Virus record (IMG/VR): IMGVR_UViG_3300045988_076436
Reading direction: 5' to 3' (one strand)
From: a virus
DNA: 64,000 bases
A model generated the notes under the pieces. It saw nothing but the letters and a program-made list of their open reading frames with translations, had not been told where the DNA came from and ran no database searches. The translations under genes were made by a program, and so were the position numbers. Every line of letters begins with the position of its first letter. The first letter of the stretch is position 1. Shown piece after piece: positions 35,478 through 45,021 of this stretch.

Positions 35478-36485
35478 ATGAGTCAAATAGAAATTACAGT
35501 CAAGCTGCTCAACGAATTGCAGCCGACAGAAATCGTCCGCAACGACAACGTGCGCGACAAGTTCATTCAGATTTACGATGCCATGTGGTCGCAGTCCACT
35601 GGCGTGTCGGGCGAAGCTGCCTACGAGAAAGAGGCTCGCAACTTCAACCGTCTGCTTTCCGAGAAAGAGGACGTGCGCAAGAAATGCAGCCATTTTTCCC
35701 TCTTCACCTCGTTTCTTGATGTGGCTATCTCTGGCCTCACCCTCGACCCCGGCACCAAGGCGCAAGCCTACCTCCTCGCACGCTCCATCGCTGTTGACTC
35801 CTATGTGGACGACCACGGACAGAAGAAGAACCGCTACGAGACGCAGTGCGTCCTCACCGTCAGCGGCTATGGCGAGTTGGTGTTTCGCGCTCGTTGCGGT
35901 CAGATACGCCATGCCGACAACCCTGTCATCGTCTATGAGGAGGACAGCTTTGAGTTTGGCGAGCGCAACGGACAGAAGTTCGTCAATTACACCTGCCGTC
36001 TCCCTCACCAGTCCGGGCGTATCGTGGCTTGTTTCATGAAGATTACACGTGCCGATGGCTCTGCCGACTATGCCGTCATGCAGCCCGAAGATTGGGCGCG
36101 GCTCTCCAACTACTCCGCTCGTCAGAACTCAAAGTTCAACTATCAGACCAAGCAGTGGGAGAACGGCAAGCCCAACGCCCTCTACACCGCACAGGGCGGA
36201 CAGATAGACCCCGGCTTTCTCGTTGCCAAGTGTATCAAGCACGCTTTCAAGACTTATCCCAAGGCGCGTATCGGCCATGCCACACAGTTGGAGTCACAGC
36301 AGGTTGACGAGACAGAAATCTCTGACGACATCTACGGCATCACCGACAATGGCGAACAGGTAGATACTGCCACAGGCGAGATTATTACCGACCGTCAGCC
36401 CGAACAATCCTTTGCTCCTGCCGACAACACAGCGGCTGGCGTAACCGTTGATCCTGCGGCAAATGATGATGACGACACTTTCTAA
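35478..36485 (+). CDS. recT: RecT-family single-strand annealing protein
   Basis: FTSFLDVAISGLTLDPGTKAQAYLLARS plus VSGYGELVFRA are RecT-like. It is followed by an exonuclease partner. Acidic C-terminal tail. Confidence 0.7.
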   Translation: MSQIEITVKLLNELQPTEIVRNDNVRDKFIQIYDAMWSQSTGVSGEAAYEKEARNFNRLLSEKEDVRKKCSHFSLFTSFLDVAISGLTLDPGTKAQAYLLARSIAVDSYVDDHGQKKNRYETQCVLTVSGYGELVFRARCGQIRHADNPVIVYEEDSFEFGERNGQKFVNYTCRLPHQSGRIVACFMKITRADGSADYAVMQPEDWARLSNYSARQNSKFNYQTKQWENGKPNALYTAQGGQIDPGFLVAKCIKHAFKTYPKARIGHATQLESQQVDETEISDDIYGITDNGEQVDTATGEIITDRQPEQSFAPADNTAAGVTVDPAANDDDDTF

Positions 36486-36504
36486 TCCCTAACAACCGAC
36501 AACT

Positions 36505-37731
36505 ATGAGTGAACAAGCAACAAATACCGATTTGACCATCGTGCGCAAGGAGAACGTGCAGATGATAGCGCAGACTGCGCCCGAGGTGTACAAGAACAAC
36601 ACCATTTCTTGCCAGAAGTGTACCGACTTCGGCAAGCGGCTCCTCGCCCAAATCAAGGAGCACGGCATGACTGACGAACTGGATATGCAGTGCGCCACCT
36701 ACATCAACAAGGCTCGCAACACGGTGAAGAAGATGAACACCAGCCGTTCTGCCATCACTAAAATCTTTGACCAGATACGCTCGGAGTTCACAGGCATGGA
36801 GAATGCCATCGACCCCACCAAGACCAACTCTGTCCCTTACCAGATACAACAGGCTCGCAATGTCTACGCTGCACAGAAACGTGCCGAGGAGGAGCGCAAG
36901 CGCAGGGAGGAGATGCTGCGCCAACAGCGTGAGCAAGCCCTCGCTCGCTACAAGGCTGACGTGGAGGACGACTACAAGCGGTCATTCAACACCCACACCA
37001 CCAATGCCATCAACTCCCTTACCGAACTTAACGCTGCCATCACGCTCGACAACTACGAGGCGCAGTGCAAGGCTATCAAGCAGTTTCCTGTCAAGCTGCC
37101 CGATGATTGGGCTGCAAAGACTCCCTCCAATGTCCGCATTCCTGCCGAACTTGCCGACATGCAGGACAAACTCCGTGAGGTGCGCACATCTATCGCCCTC
37201 AAACTCATGGAGCAGTTTGCCAAGCAGTACGAGTTTGAGGTGGGCGACTACCGCGACAACATTCTCGACACACTACCGTCCAAGAAAACCGAATTGGAGC
37301 GTATGCAGAAAGCCAATGAGGAAGAAAAGGCTCGCATGGCTGCTGAACTGAAAGCGCGTGATGAGGCCGAGGCAAAACGCATTGAGGCTGAACGCAAGCG
37401 CAAGGAGGAGGAAGAGACGGCAAAGAAGAAGATGCAGCAGGAAGCGGCCGAAGTGGGCAACCTCTTTGGACAACAGGCCATCGTTACCCCTGCCGGGTAT
37501 CAGCCCAAGACTTCCGTCAAGAAACGTCTTGTGTTCCACGATGCGCAGGGTGTCCTCGCTGCCTTGTCTCTTTGGTGGTCAAAGGAGGGACAATACCAGT
37601 CTGTCGAAGACCTTTCCAAGGTGTTCAAGAAACAGATTACCTACTGCGAGAAACTCGCAAACGACAAAGACCACCCCGAATTTATCAGTTCAACATCTGT
37701 CTCTTACGAGAACGAAGTTAAAGCAAAGTAA
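36505..37731 (+). CDS. hypothetical protein with long charged coiled coil (408 aa)
   Basis: Clean ORF in the operon. K/E/R-rich central helix (EEERKRREEMLRQQREQALARYK; EAKRIEAERKRKEEEE). No catalytic motif seen. Confidence 0.6.
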   Translation: MSEQATNTDLTIVRKENVQMIAQTAPEVYKNNTISCQKCTDFGKRLLAQIKEHGMTDELDMQCATYINKARNTVKKMNTSRSAITKIFDQIRSEFTGMENAIDPTKTNSVPYQIQQARNVYAAQKRAEEERKRREEMLRQQREQALARYKADVEDDYKRSFNTHTTNAINSLTELNAAITLDNYEAQCKAIKQFPVKLPDDWAAKTPSNVRIPAELADMQDKLREVRTSIALKLMEQFAKQYEFEVGDYRDNILDTLPSKKTELERMQKANEEEKARMAAELKARDEAEAKRIEAERKRKEEEETAKKKMQQEAAEVGNLFGQQAIVTPAGYQPKTSVKKRLVFHDAQGVLAALSLWWSKEGQYQSVEDLSKVFKKQITYCEKLANDKDHPEFISSTSVSYENEVKAK

Positions 37732-37737
37732 ACGATT

Positions 37738-38049
37738 ATGTACGAAAGTGGATATTACCCGGCTGGCGCGGAGTACGACCCTCGCGCCCCATGGAATGAG
37801 CGTGAGCCTACAATGATTGAGTGTGCGGCTTGTGGCGGCAAAGGCTATCACTGGCACGCCTACGACTTTGAGGCCGACCGCGAAACGGAATGTACCGAGG
37901 AAACGTGGGAGTTGCTCCCCGAAACGGAAGAGGAGGCCATTGCCAAGCGCATGCACTTCATCAAGGGCGAAAAGGAGACCTGCGAGGTGTGCAATGGTGA
38001 GGGCGAAGTGGAATATGAACCCGATTACGATGATTATGACGAAGATTAA
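37738..38049 (+). CDS. acidic zinc-finger protein (two CxxCxGxG DnaJ-type knuckles)
   Basis: CAACGGKG and CEVCNGEG, with a C-terminal EYEPDYDDYDED tail. Confidence 0.6.
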   Translation: MYESGYYPAGAEYDPRAPWNEREPTMIECAACGGKGYHWHAYDFEADRETECTEETWELLPETEEEAIAKRMHFIKGEKETCEVCNGEGEVEYEPDYDDYDED

Positions 38050-38713
38050 GCCTATCATCAACCCGGACGAATACTATCAGCGCAGTGAGGTCAGCAATTC
38101 TGACCTTACTGAACTGAAGAACCAGCTCCACCCACACATGCAGTATGGCGACCGTGAGGCGGCATTCCGCTTTGGCTCTATCGTGGATGCCATCATCACC
38201 GAACCCTCGCGTGTGGACTTCCTCCACATGACGATTGATGGTGAGCAATGCTCCGAGGAGGAGTTTCTCCACGCTCGCGAAATGCAGCGTGCGCTCCGTG
38301 CCGAGGCTCGCAGAGACCCATTCCTTGCCAAGGTGCTGGAGTTGTCCGAGACGCAGTGCTTTATGGTCAACAAGCAGCAGCCTTTCGACAATGGCGGTTT
38401 CCATTTCACGCTCGACACGCGCTGCAAGTGGGACTGGTGGCTACCGTCCTGTCATTTCGGTGGCGACCTAAAGACCACATTCGCCTCCACACAGGCTGAG
38501 TTCGACAACGCTGTCGATTTCTTCGATTGGGACAGGTCGCGTGCCTGGTACATGGACATAGCCCATTCCGACCGCGATTTCATCTATGCCATCAGCAAGA
38601 AGAACTGCCGCATCTTCAAGAAGTTCATCAAGCGTGGCGATGATACTTATCTCCGTGGTTTCGACAAGTACAACGAACTTGCTTTCCAGTATTGGGCTTT
38701 CTCTCTCGCATAA
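38030..38713 (+). CDS. RecE/ExoVIII-like PD-(D/E)XK exonuclease
   Basis: FRFGSIVDAIITEP ... CKWDWW ... GGDLKTT ((D/E)xK). The ORF-track start 37817 overlaps the previous gene out of frame, so I prefer ATG 38030 or 38036. Confidence 0.6.
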   Translation: MIMTKIKPIINPDEYYQRSEVSNSDLTELKNQLHPHMQYGDREAAFRFGSIVDAIITEPSRVDFLHMTIDGEQCSEEEFLHAREMQRALRAEARRDPFLAKVLELSETQCFMVNKQQPFDNGGFHFTLDTRCKWDWWLPSCHFGGDLKTTFASTQAEFDNAVDFFDWDRSRAWYMDIAHSDRDFIYAISKKNCRIFKKFIKRGDDTYLRGFDKYNELAFQYWAFSLA

Positions 38714-38732
38714 TCACATAAAGAACAAAGTT

Positions 38733-38993
38733 ATGACAAAGATACTTTCACCGACCGCACAAATCAATCTGCTCAAACGCCTCAGACGTATGTGTCCCTT
38801 TGCCGTCTGGTCGGGACAATACGGCTACACCTGTGGCGGCATGAAGAATGGTGTGCGCTCGTCCTCTGGTATGGGGGCGCAGACAAAGGAGGCTCGCCAC
38901 TGCCATTTGAATTGCATTTACCTGCGCAAGGCTGCGTTTCGCAATGGCTACGACATCACACTATCAACCCACAAACTCAATGCGTATGGCTGA
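38733..38993 (+). CDS. hypothetical small protein (86 aa)
   Basis: ATG 38733 lies inside ORF-track frame 38586-38993. Its stop overlaps a candidate helicase start (ATGGCTGA). Confidence 0.4.
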   Translation: MTKILSPTAQINLLKRLRRMCPFAVWSGQYGYTCGGMKNGVRSSSGMGAQTKEARHCHLNCIYLRKAAFRNGYDITLSTHKLNAYG

Positions 38994-40449
38994 AACACTC
39001 CAACATCACCTCCGTGTCGAACCCTACGACTACCAAAAGGAGGGCATTCTTGCCGGGCTGCGCTGGCATCGTTTCCTCATCGGTGACGAGCCGGGGCTTG
39101 GCAAGACGCTCCAAAGCATCGGTGTCGTGGATTGTGCCAACGCTTACCCCTGCTTGGTCATTTGTCCGTCCTCGCTCAAAATCAACTGGCAGCGTGAGTT
39201 CGAGAAGTTTACCGACAAGCACGCTCTTGTGCTCGACAACTCCGTGCTTACCACATGGCCGTACCTCCTCAAAATGGGTATGCAGCAGGTGACCATCGTC
39301 AATTACGAGTCCCTGCGCAAGTATTTCGTGTGGGACATCAAGGGCGGCTCGCGTGGCGGTTTCCGCTTGAAAGATGTTGTGTTTACTCCCGACATCAAGT
39401 TGTTCAAGTCTATCATCATTGACGAGAGTCACCGTGTCAAAGACCCGTCCGCACAGCAGACCATCTTTGCGCGTGGCATTGCCGAGGGAAAGGAATACCG
39501 CATCTTGCTGTCTGGTACGCCTGTGGTCAATCGCCCTGCCGACCTCATCGCGCAGCTCTCCATCATGGGACGCTTGCCCGAGTTCGGCGGACGATCCAAG
39601 TTCCTTGCCGAGTATGGCGGTGGAGAGATTACTAAGGAGAGGCGCAACAAGGAGGAGGAAGATGCTCCGCGCAACCTCGAGCGGCTCTCTGCCGAACTCT
39701 ACTCGCGCTGCATGATACGCCGCGAAAAGGCTAAGGTGCTTACACAGCTGCCCGACAAGACGCGCACCGACCTCATCGTGGATATTTCCAACCGTGACGA
39801 GTATATGCTTGCAGAACACGACCTTGCCGAATACCTGCGCCAGTACACCGAGTGCGACGACCTCGATATTCGCAGGAAGATGCGCATGGAGGCTTTGGTC
39901 AAGTTCATGACGCTGCGCTCGCTCTCTGCCAAAGGCAAGGTGAAACAGGCTATCGACTTCACGCGCACATTCCTCGCCAACGGCAAGCCGCTCATTCTCT
40001 TCTGCTCCCTGCATGAGATTGTGGACGAGATTAAGAAAGCGTTCCCCAAGGCGGTCTCCGTTACTGGGCGCGACTCCATGATGATGAAACAGGCGGCTGT
40101 CGATGCTTTCCAGTCGGGCAAGGCGCAACTCATCATCTGTTCCATCAAGGCGGCTGGCGTGGGTCTCACGCTCACGGCATCTTCCAACGTGGCTTTCGTT
40201 GAGTTTCCATGGACTTATGCCGACTGCTGCCAGTGCGAAGACCGTGCCCACCGCATCGGGCAAAAGGACAACGTTACGTGCTACTACCTGCTTGGCCGCT
40301 CCACCATCGACAGCACGCTCTATTCCATCATCCACAAGAAGAAGTCCATCGCCAACCAGATAATGGCCACCGATGACGACATTCCGCAAGATGAAATGTA
40401 CTTCGATGAACTTGCAAGTCTGTTCCTCAATCCTGTGCAAGATGGCTGA
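38944..40449 (+). CDS. SNF2-family helicase
   Basis: DEPGLGKTLQSI (motif I), IIIDESHRVKD (DExH), LLSGTPVVNRPADL, and C-terminal GGVGLTLTASSNVAFVEFPWTYADCCQCEDRAHRIGQ. The start may be ATG 38986. Confidence 0.88.
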   Translation: MATTSHYQPTNSMRMAETLQHHLRVEPYDYQKEGILAGLRWHRFLIGDEPGLGKTLQSIGVVDCANAYPCLVICPSSLKINWQREFEKFTDKHALVLDNSVLTTWPYLLKMGMQQVTIVNYESLRKYFVWDIKGGSRGGFRLKDVVFTPDIKLFKSIIIDESHRVKDPSAQQTIFARGIAEGKEYRILLSGTPVVNRPADLIAQLSIMGRLPEFGGRSKFLAEYGGGEITKERRNKEEEDAPRNLERLSAELYSRCMIRREKAKVLTQLPDKTRTDLIVDISNRDEYMLAEHDLAEYLRQYTECDDLDIRRKMRMEALVKFMTLRSLSAKGKVKQAIDFTRTFLANGKPLILFCSLHEIVDEIKKAFPKAVSVTGRDSMMMKQAAVDAFQSGKAQLIICSIKAAGVGLTLTASSNVAFVEFPWTYADCCQCEDRAHRIGQKDNVTCYYLLGRSTIDSTLYSIIHKKKSIANQIMATDDDIPQDEMYFDELASLFLNPVQDG

Positions 40450-40606
40450 CCTCTGCAAGACCGACCTGCAAAAGGTCATTTCCTACCTCGATGAGGCTGC
40501 GAAGATTTACGATGCGCTGCCCATGCAGAAGTGCAAGTGCCGCGCTTACATGATAACTCAATTAACAAACAAATTAAAATCAAAACTCAATCATGACAAA
40601 AAATGA
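40442..40606 (+). CDS. hypothetical small protein (54 aa)
   Basis: ATG 40442 forms an ATGGCTGA overlap with the helicase stop. MADLCKTDLQKVISYLDEAAKIYDALPMQKCKCRAY... Confidence 0.35.
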   Translation: MADLCKTDLQKVISYLDEAAKIYDALPMQKCKCRAYMITQLTNKLKSKLNHDKK

Positions 40607-40892
40607 ATTGGCAAAGGAGGTTGCGGTTTCCGAGAAACTCCACCTCTCCACTACGTTCCAAGCCGTTGACGGCATTCTCCGTGTCATCAAGCAGACACTC
40701 GCCAAGGGTGAGCCTGTTATCATCCGTGGTTTCGGCACGTTCCAACCCACCGAGTGCAAGGAGCGTCCTGCACGCGATTTCAAGACTGGCAAGCCTGTCG
40801 TTATCCCGGCACACAAGTCCGCAAAGTTCCGTGTGAGCAAGGACTTCATCAAGTTTCTCAACGCTGAAGCAGGAAAGGAGGCTACCGTATGA
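40593..40892 (+). CDS. HU/IHF-family DNA-binding protein
   Basis: MTKNELAKEVA...IIRGFGTFQPTECKERPARDFKTGKPVVIPAHKSAKFRVSKDF is a canonical HU pattern. Confidence 0.85.
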   Translation: MTKNELAKEVAVSEKLHLSTTFQAVDGILRVIKQTLAKGEPVIIRGFGTFQPTECKERPARDFKTGKPVVIPAHKSAKFRVSKDFIKFLNAEAGKEATV

Positions 40893-41335
40893 TGCTCTAT
40901 GAATGTGGTGTCCGCTACGAGCGGACTATGGAGAACGGCATGACAAAGAAAGTCACCGAGCTGTACCTTGTCGATGCACTTTCCTTTGCCGAGGCTGAGG
41001 GACGCATCACAAATGAGATGGAGCCGTACATTTCGGGCGACTTCGATGTGGTTACTATCAAGCGCACCAACATTTCCGAGATTGTAGAGGGGCTGTCCAC
41101 TGCCGACAAATGGTTCAAGGCTAAACTCATGTACATCACCATTGACGAGAAAACAGGCAAGGAGAAGAAACAAGCGGTTCACTTCATCGTCCGTGCCTCC
41201 GACATCAACAACGCCCACATCTGTGTTGTCGAGCACATGAAAGGTTCTGTGATGGACTACGAGATTGCCACGCTTGACGAAACCAAGATTATGGATTTGT
41301 TCCGCTACAAGGTTAATACAAGCGACAATGGCTAA
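40889..41335 (+). CDS. hypothetical protein (148 aa; resembles the DUF4494 type often found next to HU in Bacteroidota phages)
   Basis: ATGA overlap with the HU gene. The family assignment is from memory of the sequence style only. Confidence 0.55.
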   Translation: MMLYECGVRYERTMENGMTKKVTELYLVDALSFAEAEGRITNEMEPYISGDFDVVTIKRTNISEIVEGLSTADKWFKAKLMYITIDEKTGKEKKQAVHFIVRASDINNAHICVVEHMKGSVMDYEIATLDETKIMDLFRYKVNTSDNG

Positions 41336-41711
41336 GTTTTCTTCATTTGCTTTCCAAGGCCGGAATAAGTACGGCAACGAGCGTGTGGGCGGTCATGCCT
41401 CCAAAAAAGAGCACTACCGCGCTGCCCAGCTCCGCCTCATGGAGCGTGCCGGACTTATCTCCGACCTGCGGGAGCAGGTGTCCTACGAGTTGATACCTGC
41501 CCAGTATGGCGAGTGTGGCAAGGATTTCAAGGGGCGCGACACGCGCGTTCTCCTCGAGCGTCCCTGCCGTTATGTTGCCGATTTCGTCTATACCGACCGC
41601 GCGACAGGGCAGACCGTTGTCGAGGACACGAAAGGCGTTCGCACTAAAGAATATATCATCAAGCGGAAACTCATGCTCCACGTTCATGGCATCCGCATAA
41701 AAGAGGTTTGA
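41328..41711 (+). CDS. DUF1064-like PD-(D/E)XK nuclease
   Basis: SKKEHYRAAQLRLMERAGLISDLREQ...YVADFVYTD...VVEDTKGVRTKEYIIKRKL matches the DUF1064 pattern (ADF..ED.KG). ATG 41328 lies within ORF-track frame 41265-41711. Confidence 0.6.
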   Translation: MAKFSSFAFQGRNKYGNERVGGHASKKEHYRAAQLRLMERAGLISDLREQVSYELIPAQYGECGKDFKGRDTRVLLERPCRYVADFVYTDRATGQTVVEDTKGVRTKEYIIKRKLMLHVHGIRIKEV

Positions 41712-41713
41712 TT

Positions 41714-42307
41714 ATGGCACGAGACAGTTTTGTTTTCTATCGCAGTTTCTTTGAGGCTATCAGCCTTATGCCGCCAGAAGTACAGACAGAGGTCTATCCT
41801 GCGCTTGTTGAGTATGCGCTTAACGGCAAAGAGCCGAAAGGACTTACCGACATCGCCAAGGGCGTGTTCATTCTCATCAAGCCCAACATTGATGCAAGCA
41901 TCACACGCTATGAGAATGGGAAGAAATGTGCCAAATACGGCAAACTTGGCGGTCGCCCTGCTAAAGAACGCAAGACTGCCTCATCTGCCGAGCTGCCGTC
42001 CAATCCCGAATACACCTTGTCATTTGAGGAAGAGATTGAACAGATGCGTTCCGACCGCTCTTGGAATGAGCCTGTCTGCATGAAGTTCCACCTCTCTGCC
42101 GACGACCTCTCCAAGCGGCTGTCCGATTTTCTCACCCATTGCAAGAGTGAGTATGTGGGCAAGTCTCATTCCGACATCAACGATGCCAAGCGTCATTTCT
42201 GCTCATGGATGCGCAAGGCTTACGCGCCTGTCGAGCATGACAGCGATGCGGAGCTGCCGCCTCCCTCGTATGAGTTCAACGGTGGCTTTGGCGGTCAGGA
42301 CATTTAA
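41714..42307 (+). CDS. replication-organizer-like protein candidate
   Basis: N-terminal FVFYRSFFEAISLMPPEVQTEVYPALVEYALNG resembles phage replication/replisome-organizer N-termini. It sits directly upstream of the DnaC-like loader. ORF-track 41708 is a TTG. Confidence 0.45.
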   Translation: MARDSFVFYRSFFEAISLMPPEVQTEVYPALVEYALNGKEPKGLTDIAKGVFILIKPNIDASITRYENGKKCAKYGKLGGRPAKERKTASSAELPSNPEYTLSFEEEIEQMRSDRSWNEPVCMKFHLSADDLSKRLSDFLTHCKSEYVGKSHSDINDAKRHFCSWMRKAYAPVEHDSDAELPPPSYEFNGGFGGQDI

Positions 42308-42319
42308 TCTGTATGAGTT

Positions 42320-43177
42320 ATGAACAATAAGCCATATCCCAAGACTCTCGTCACCGAACTTGCCAAGTTCGGCAAGCGGCCTACTGGCGATGCCGAATGG
42401 GACGCTTGCATCTTGCAGGCGTGCCGCAACAATCGCAAGAGTGCTCCTACATGGCTGTCGCTCCACGATGCTGCCCTGCGGTTTCGCGAGGAGGCGGAGA
42501 AAGTGCGTAAGCAAGCCTACAATCTTGCCGACCCCGATGTGTATTCAGCACACAGCGCATTCGTCATGCACATTGCCAACAACATTGTGCTTGCTCCGCA
42601 AAGGCGCAAGTTCATCGTTGACGACAACAACCGTGATGTGCTGCGTTTCCTGCTTTACTATTTCAACAACTGCCCTCTGGCAGAGGAGGTCTTTCCCGGT
42701 CGTGGCTACAAGCTGCACAAGAGCATCCTCATACAGGGCGGTGTCGGTGTGGGCAAGACGCTCCTCATGCAAATCTTCAGCGAGTATCTCCAGCGCACCA
42801 ACAACCCTCGTTTCTTCTGGAACTTGTCGGTCACTCAGATGGTCAACTACTACACCATTCACAACAACCTCGACCGTTTCACCTACAACGAGGAGGAGTG
42901 CCGTGGTTTCAAGTGCAACCCTCAGAACGTGTGCCTCAACGACATCGGCATACAAGACCGCACATTCTTCGGCATGGACACTGGTCTCCTCACAGATGAG
43001 TTCCTGCACGCTCGCAACGAGATTTGGACGCAGTACGGCAAGTTTGCCCACCTCACCACAAACCTCGACAACAACGAACTTCAAAAGCGTTTCAAGCGCA
43101 ATGACGGTTTCGGCCGTCTCGTTGACCGTTTCAAAACTTACAACGTAATACCCCTTATGGGAAAGAGTAGAAGATAA
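42320..43177 (+). CDS. DnaC/IstB-like AAA+ helicase loader
   Basis: Walker A ILIQGGVGVGKTLLMQIF and Walker-B-like VCLNDIG. Confidence 0.7.
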   Translation: MNNKPYPKTLVTELAKFGKRPTGDAEWDACILQACRNNRKSAPTWLSLHDAALRFREEAEKVRKQAYNLADPDVYSAHSAFVMHIANNIVLAPQRRKFIVDDNNRDVLRFLLYYFNNCPLAEEVFPGRGYKLHKSILIQGGVGVGKTLLMQIFSEYLQRTNNPRFFWNLSVTQMVNYYTIHNNLDRFTYNEEECRGFKCNPQNVCLNDIGIQDRTFFGMDTGLLTDEFLHARNEIWTQYGKFAHLTTNLDNNELQKRFKRNDGFGRLVDRFKTYNVIPLMGKSRR

Positions 43178-43178
43178 T

Positions 43179-43346
43179 ATGGACGCAAAATCATTTTTCA
43201 TGCTTGTGCGTGAAATGCGTACTGTGCAAAAAGAATATTTCCGCCTCCGTTCACATGAGGCATTGACTAAGAGTGTGGAGTTGGAACGGAAAGTTGATAC
43301 AGAAATTCACAGAGTGGAGGACATCCTTGGACTTGACTCTCTATAA
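43179..43346 (+). CDS. hypothetical small protein (55 aa)
   Basis: Not in the ORF track. ATG 43179 is 2 nt after the previous stop. MDAKSFFMLVREMRTVQKEYFRLRSHEALTKSVELERKVDTEIHRVEDILGLDSL. Confidence 0.35.
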   Translation: MDAKSFFMLVREMRTVQKEYFRLRSHEALTKSVELERKVDTEIHRVEDILGLDSL

Positions 43347-43357
43347 AAATGTAGAAT

Positions 43358-43723
43358 ATGAAATACAGACATAGAACAACTGGAGAAATAATCAATGTTC
43401 TCCGACATAACGAGAGAGGCGATTTTGCCGAATGTACAGACAACAACGGCAAAGTGTATGGTTTGCAAGCAAACCTGTTCAGAGATTATGAGCAGGTCAT
43501 TGAGGACAAAACCATCAATTGGGAGCAGCGTAGATACGAAATTGCCAAAGCAATGCTCCCTGCAATCTATATGGACGATGGCAATGCACAACGTGCAGAC
43601 CACTCGCCAATCAATGGCTTTGAGTACAAAACGCCACAAGGCTGTGCAAAAGAGGCAGTCAGTTTGGCTGATGCACTAATCAACGAACTTCAAAAGAAAG
43701 GAGCAAGCAATGAGAACAATTGA
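43358..43723 (+). CDS. hypothetical protein (121 aa)
   Basis: ORF in the operon with an ATG start, in the low-GC island. Confidence 0.5.
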   Translation: MKYRHRTTGEIINVLRHNERGDFAECTDNNGKVYGLQANLFRDYEQVIEDKTINWEQRRYEIAKAMLPAIYMDDGNAQRADHSPINGFEYKTPQGCAKEAVSLADALINELQKKGASNENN

Positions 43724-44096
43724 TTTTCGTGGTAAAGCCGTAGGCAGTGGCCGCTGGATACATGGTGATTTGGTTTGGAATGGTCGCACTCCTGCCATTT
43801 TTGAAGATGCCAATCAAGAAAATGGTTGCATCACCGTAAAGGAAAGCACGCTCGGCATGAACACCGGGCTGAAAGACAAGCACGGCCACGAAATATACAA
43901 TGGCGACATTCTCGCCCATGGAGCAAACATCATCGGTCATGTGGTCGATGGCGTGCGTGGCTACTGCTTTGATGTGGTCTATATAACGCCAGAAGGAGAA
44001 AAATCATGTCCACTTTTCGAAATGGTTACCAACTTTAACGATAAGTTGGAGATTGTCGGAAACATACATGATAAAGGAAATGGAGGTGCAGTATGA
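43710..44096 (+). CDS. YopX-family protein
   Basis: MRTIDFRGKAV...NTGLKDKHGHEIYNGDIL...LEIVGNIHDKG is typical of YopX. Confidence 0.7.
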   Translation: MRTIDFRGKAVGSGRWIHGDLVWNGRTPAIFEDANQENGCITVKESTLGMNTGLKDKHGHEIYNGDILAHGANIIGHVVDGVRGYCFDVVYITPEGEKSCPLFEMVTNFNDKLEIVGNIHDKGNGGAV

Positions 44097-44290
44097 ATAA
44101 TGTAATTCCGAAACTCTCGGTCTTGTTAAGATTACTACTTGTTGCTCCTATTTACATTGTTGCTCTCGTTCTGTTTGTTCCATACGGAATATTCAGAGGT
44201 CTTACAGAGTCTGACATAATCCGAGATTACTTAGACCTGTTTGATGAGTTCCTTGGTAAAATATACTTTCACTATTTCAAGAAAAAGTAA
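44093..44290 (+). CDS. small membrane protein (65 aa)
   Basis: LSVLLRLLLVAPIYIVALVLFVPYGIF. ATGA overlap with the previous gene. Confidence 0.45.
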   Translation: MNNVIPKLSVLLRLLLVAPIYIVALVLFVPYGIFRGLTESDIIRDYLDLFDEFLGKIYFHYFKKK

Positions 44291-44293
44291 AAG

Positions 44294-44566
44294 ATGCGTT
44301 CCCGACAAGCAAGAAAAATCTTCAAGGCATATTACAGCCCTAAGAAGAACTATTGGAATAAATACCAAGGTTTTACTCTTGGAACGTGCTTTATTTGTTT
44401 CGCTTACAAAAACCCACGTTTGCTTCATGCTCTGAATATAGCATACAAATATGAGAAGCGGTATGTGCCAATACCAACAAAACCAAGAGCAATACAAGGT
44501 ACAACTTCCATACGTCATCCCCAATATGGCCTTTGGGCTATTTTGGAAAGCAAGAATAATATTTAA
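44294..44566 (+). CDS. hypothetical basic protein (90 aa)
   Basis: ORF in the operon, low GC, no motif. Confidence 0.4.
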   Translation: MRSRQARKIFKAYYSPKKNYWNKYQGFTLGTCFICFAYKNPRLLHALNIAYKYEKRYVPIPTKPRAIQGTTSIRHPQYGLWAILESKNNI

Positions 44567-44578
44567 TCAACAAAGACA

Positions 44579-45019
44579 ATGAAAACTTACATCGGAACAA
44601 AACAGGTAAAGGCCGAACCTATGGACGAATTGGCCGCAGTTGAGAAAGGCTACGCTCGTAAGAACGAGGACAGCCACGAATGGCGGCAGGGCTACCACGT
44701 TCAGTACGCCAACCCGGACGGTAGCACCTACGACTCATGGTCTCCCAAGGACGTGTTTGAGCGTTCGTACAACGTGTGTGATGAGGAACAGATTGCAATG
44801 GTATGTTTTCCTCTGACAAATCGAAGCATCAACAAGGCTGTATCGCTCCTAACTATTGGAGGTGCAGATGACAAGACTTTGGAAGAGGTCGCAGCCAAGA
44901 TGGAGGATTTGAAAAAGAAAGGGTTTGCAATTGTGCCCTCAAAAATATACAACACTGGCGATGAGGGACAGCAATTTGAAATGATGGTGCCATTATTAGC
45001 ATTAGGCATCAGCTTGTAA
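44579..45019 (+). CDS. hypothetical protein (146 aa)
   Basis: ORF in the operon. The N-terminal GYHVQYANPDGSTYDSWSPKDVFERSY style is seen in small phage proteins. Confidence 0.5.
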   Translation: MKTYIGTKQVKAEPMDELAAVEKGYARKNEDSHEWRQGYHVQYANPDGSTYDSWSPKDVFERSYNVCDEEQIAMVCFPLTNRSINKAVSLLTIGGADDKTLEEVAAKMEDLKKKGFAIVPSKIYNTGDEGQQFEMMVPLLALGISL

Positions 45020-45021
45020 GT

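Noticed and set aside
37817-38029. Upstream extension of the exonuclease ORF (track start 37817)
   Set aside because: This part overlaps the zinc-finger gene in another frame and translates to an Arg/Pro/Ala-rich peptide. The exonuclease-like sequence starts at MIMTKIKP (38030).
38977-40479. 500-aa minus-strand ORF almost exactly mirroring the 501-aa SNF2 helicase gene
   Set aside because: The plus-strand frame carries all the SNF2 motifs (GLGKT, DESH, HRIGQ). The antisense translation is low-complexity (R/V/L/G/H-rich) with no motifs. It is a shadow ORF caused by codon bias.
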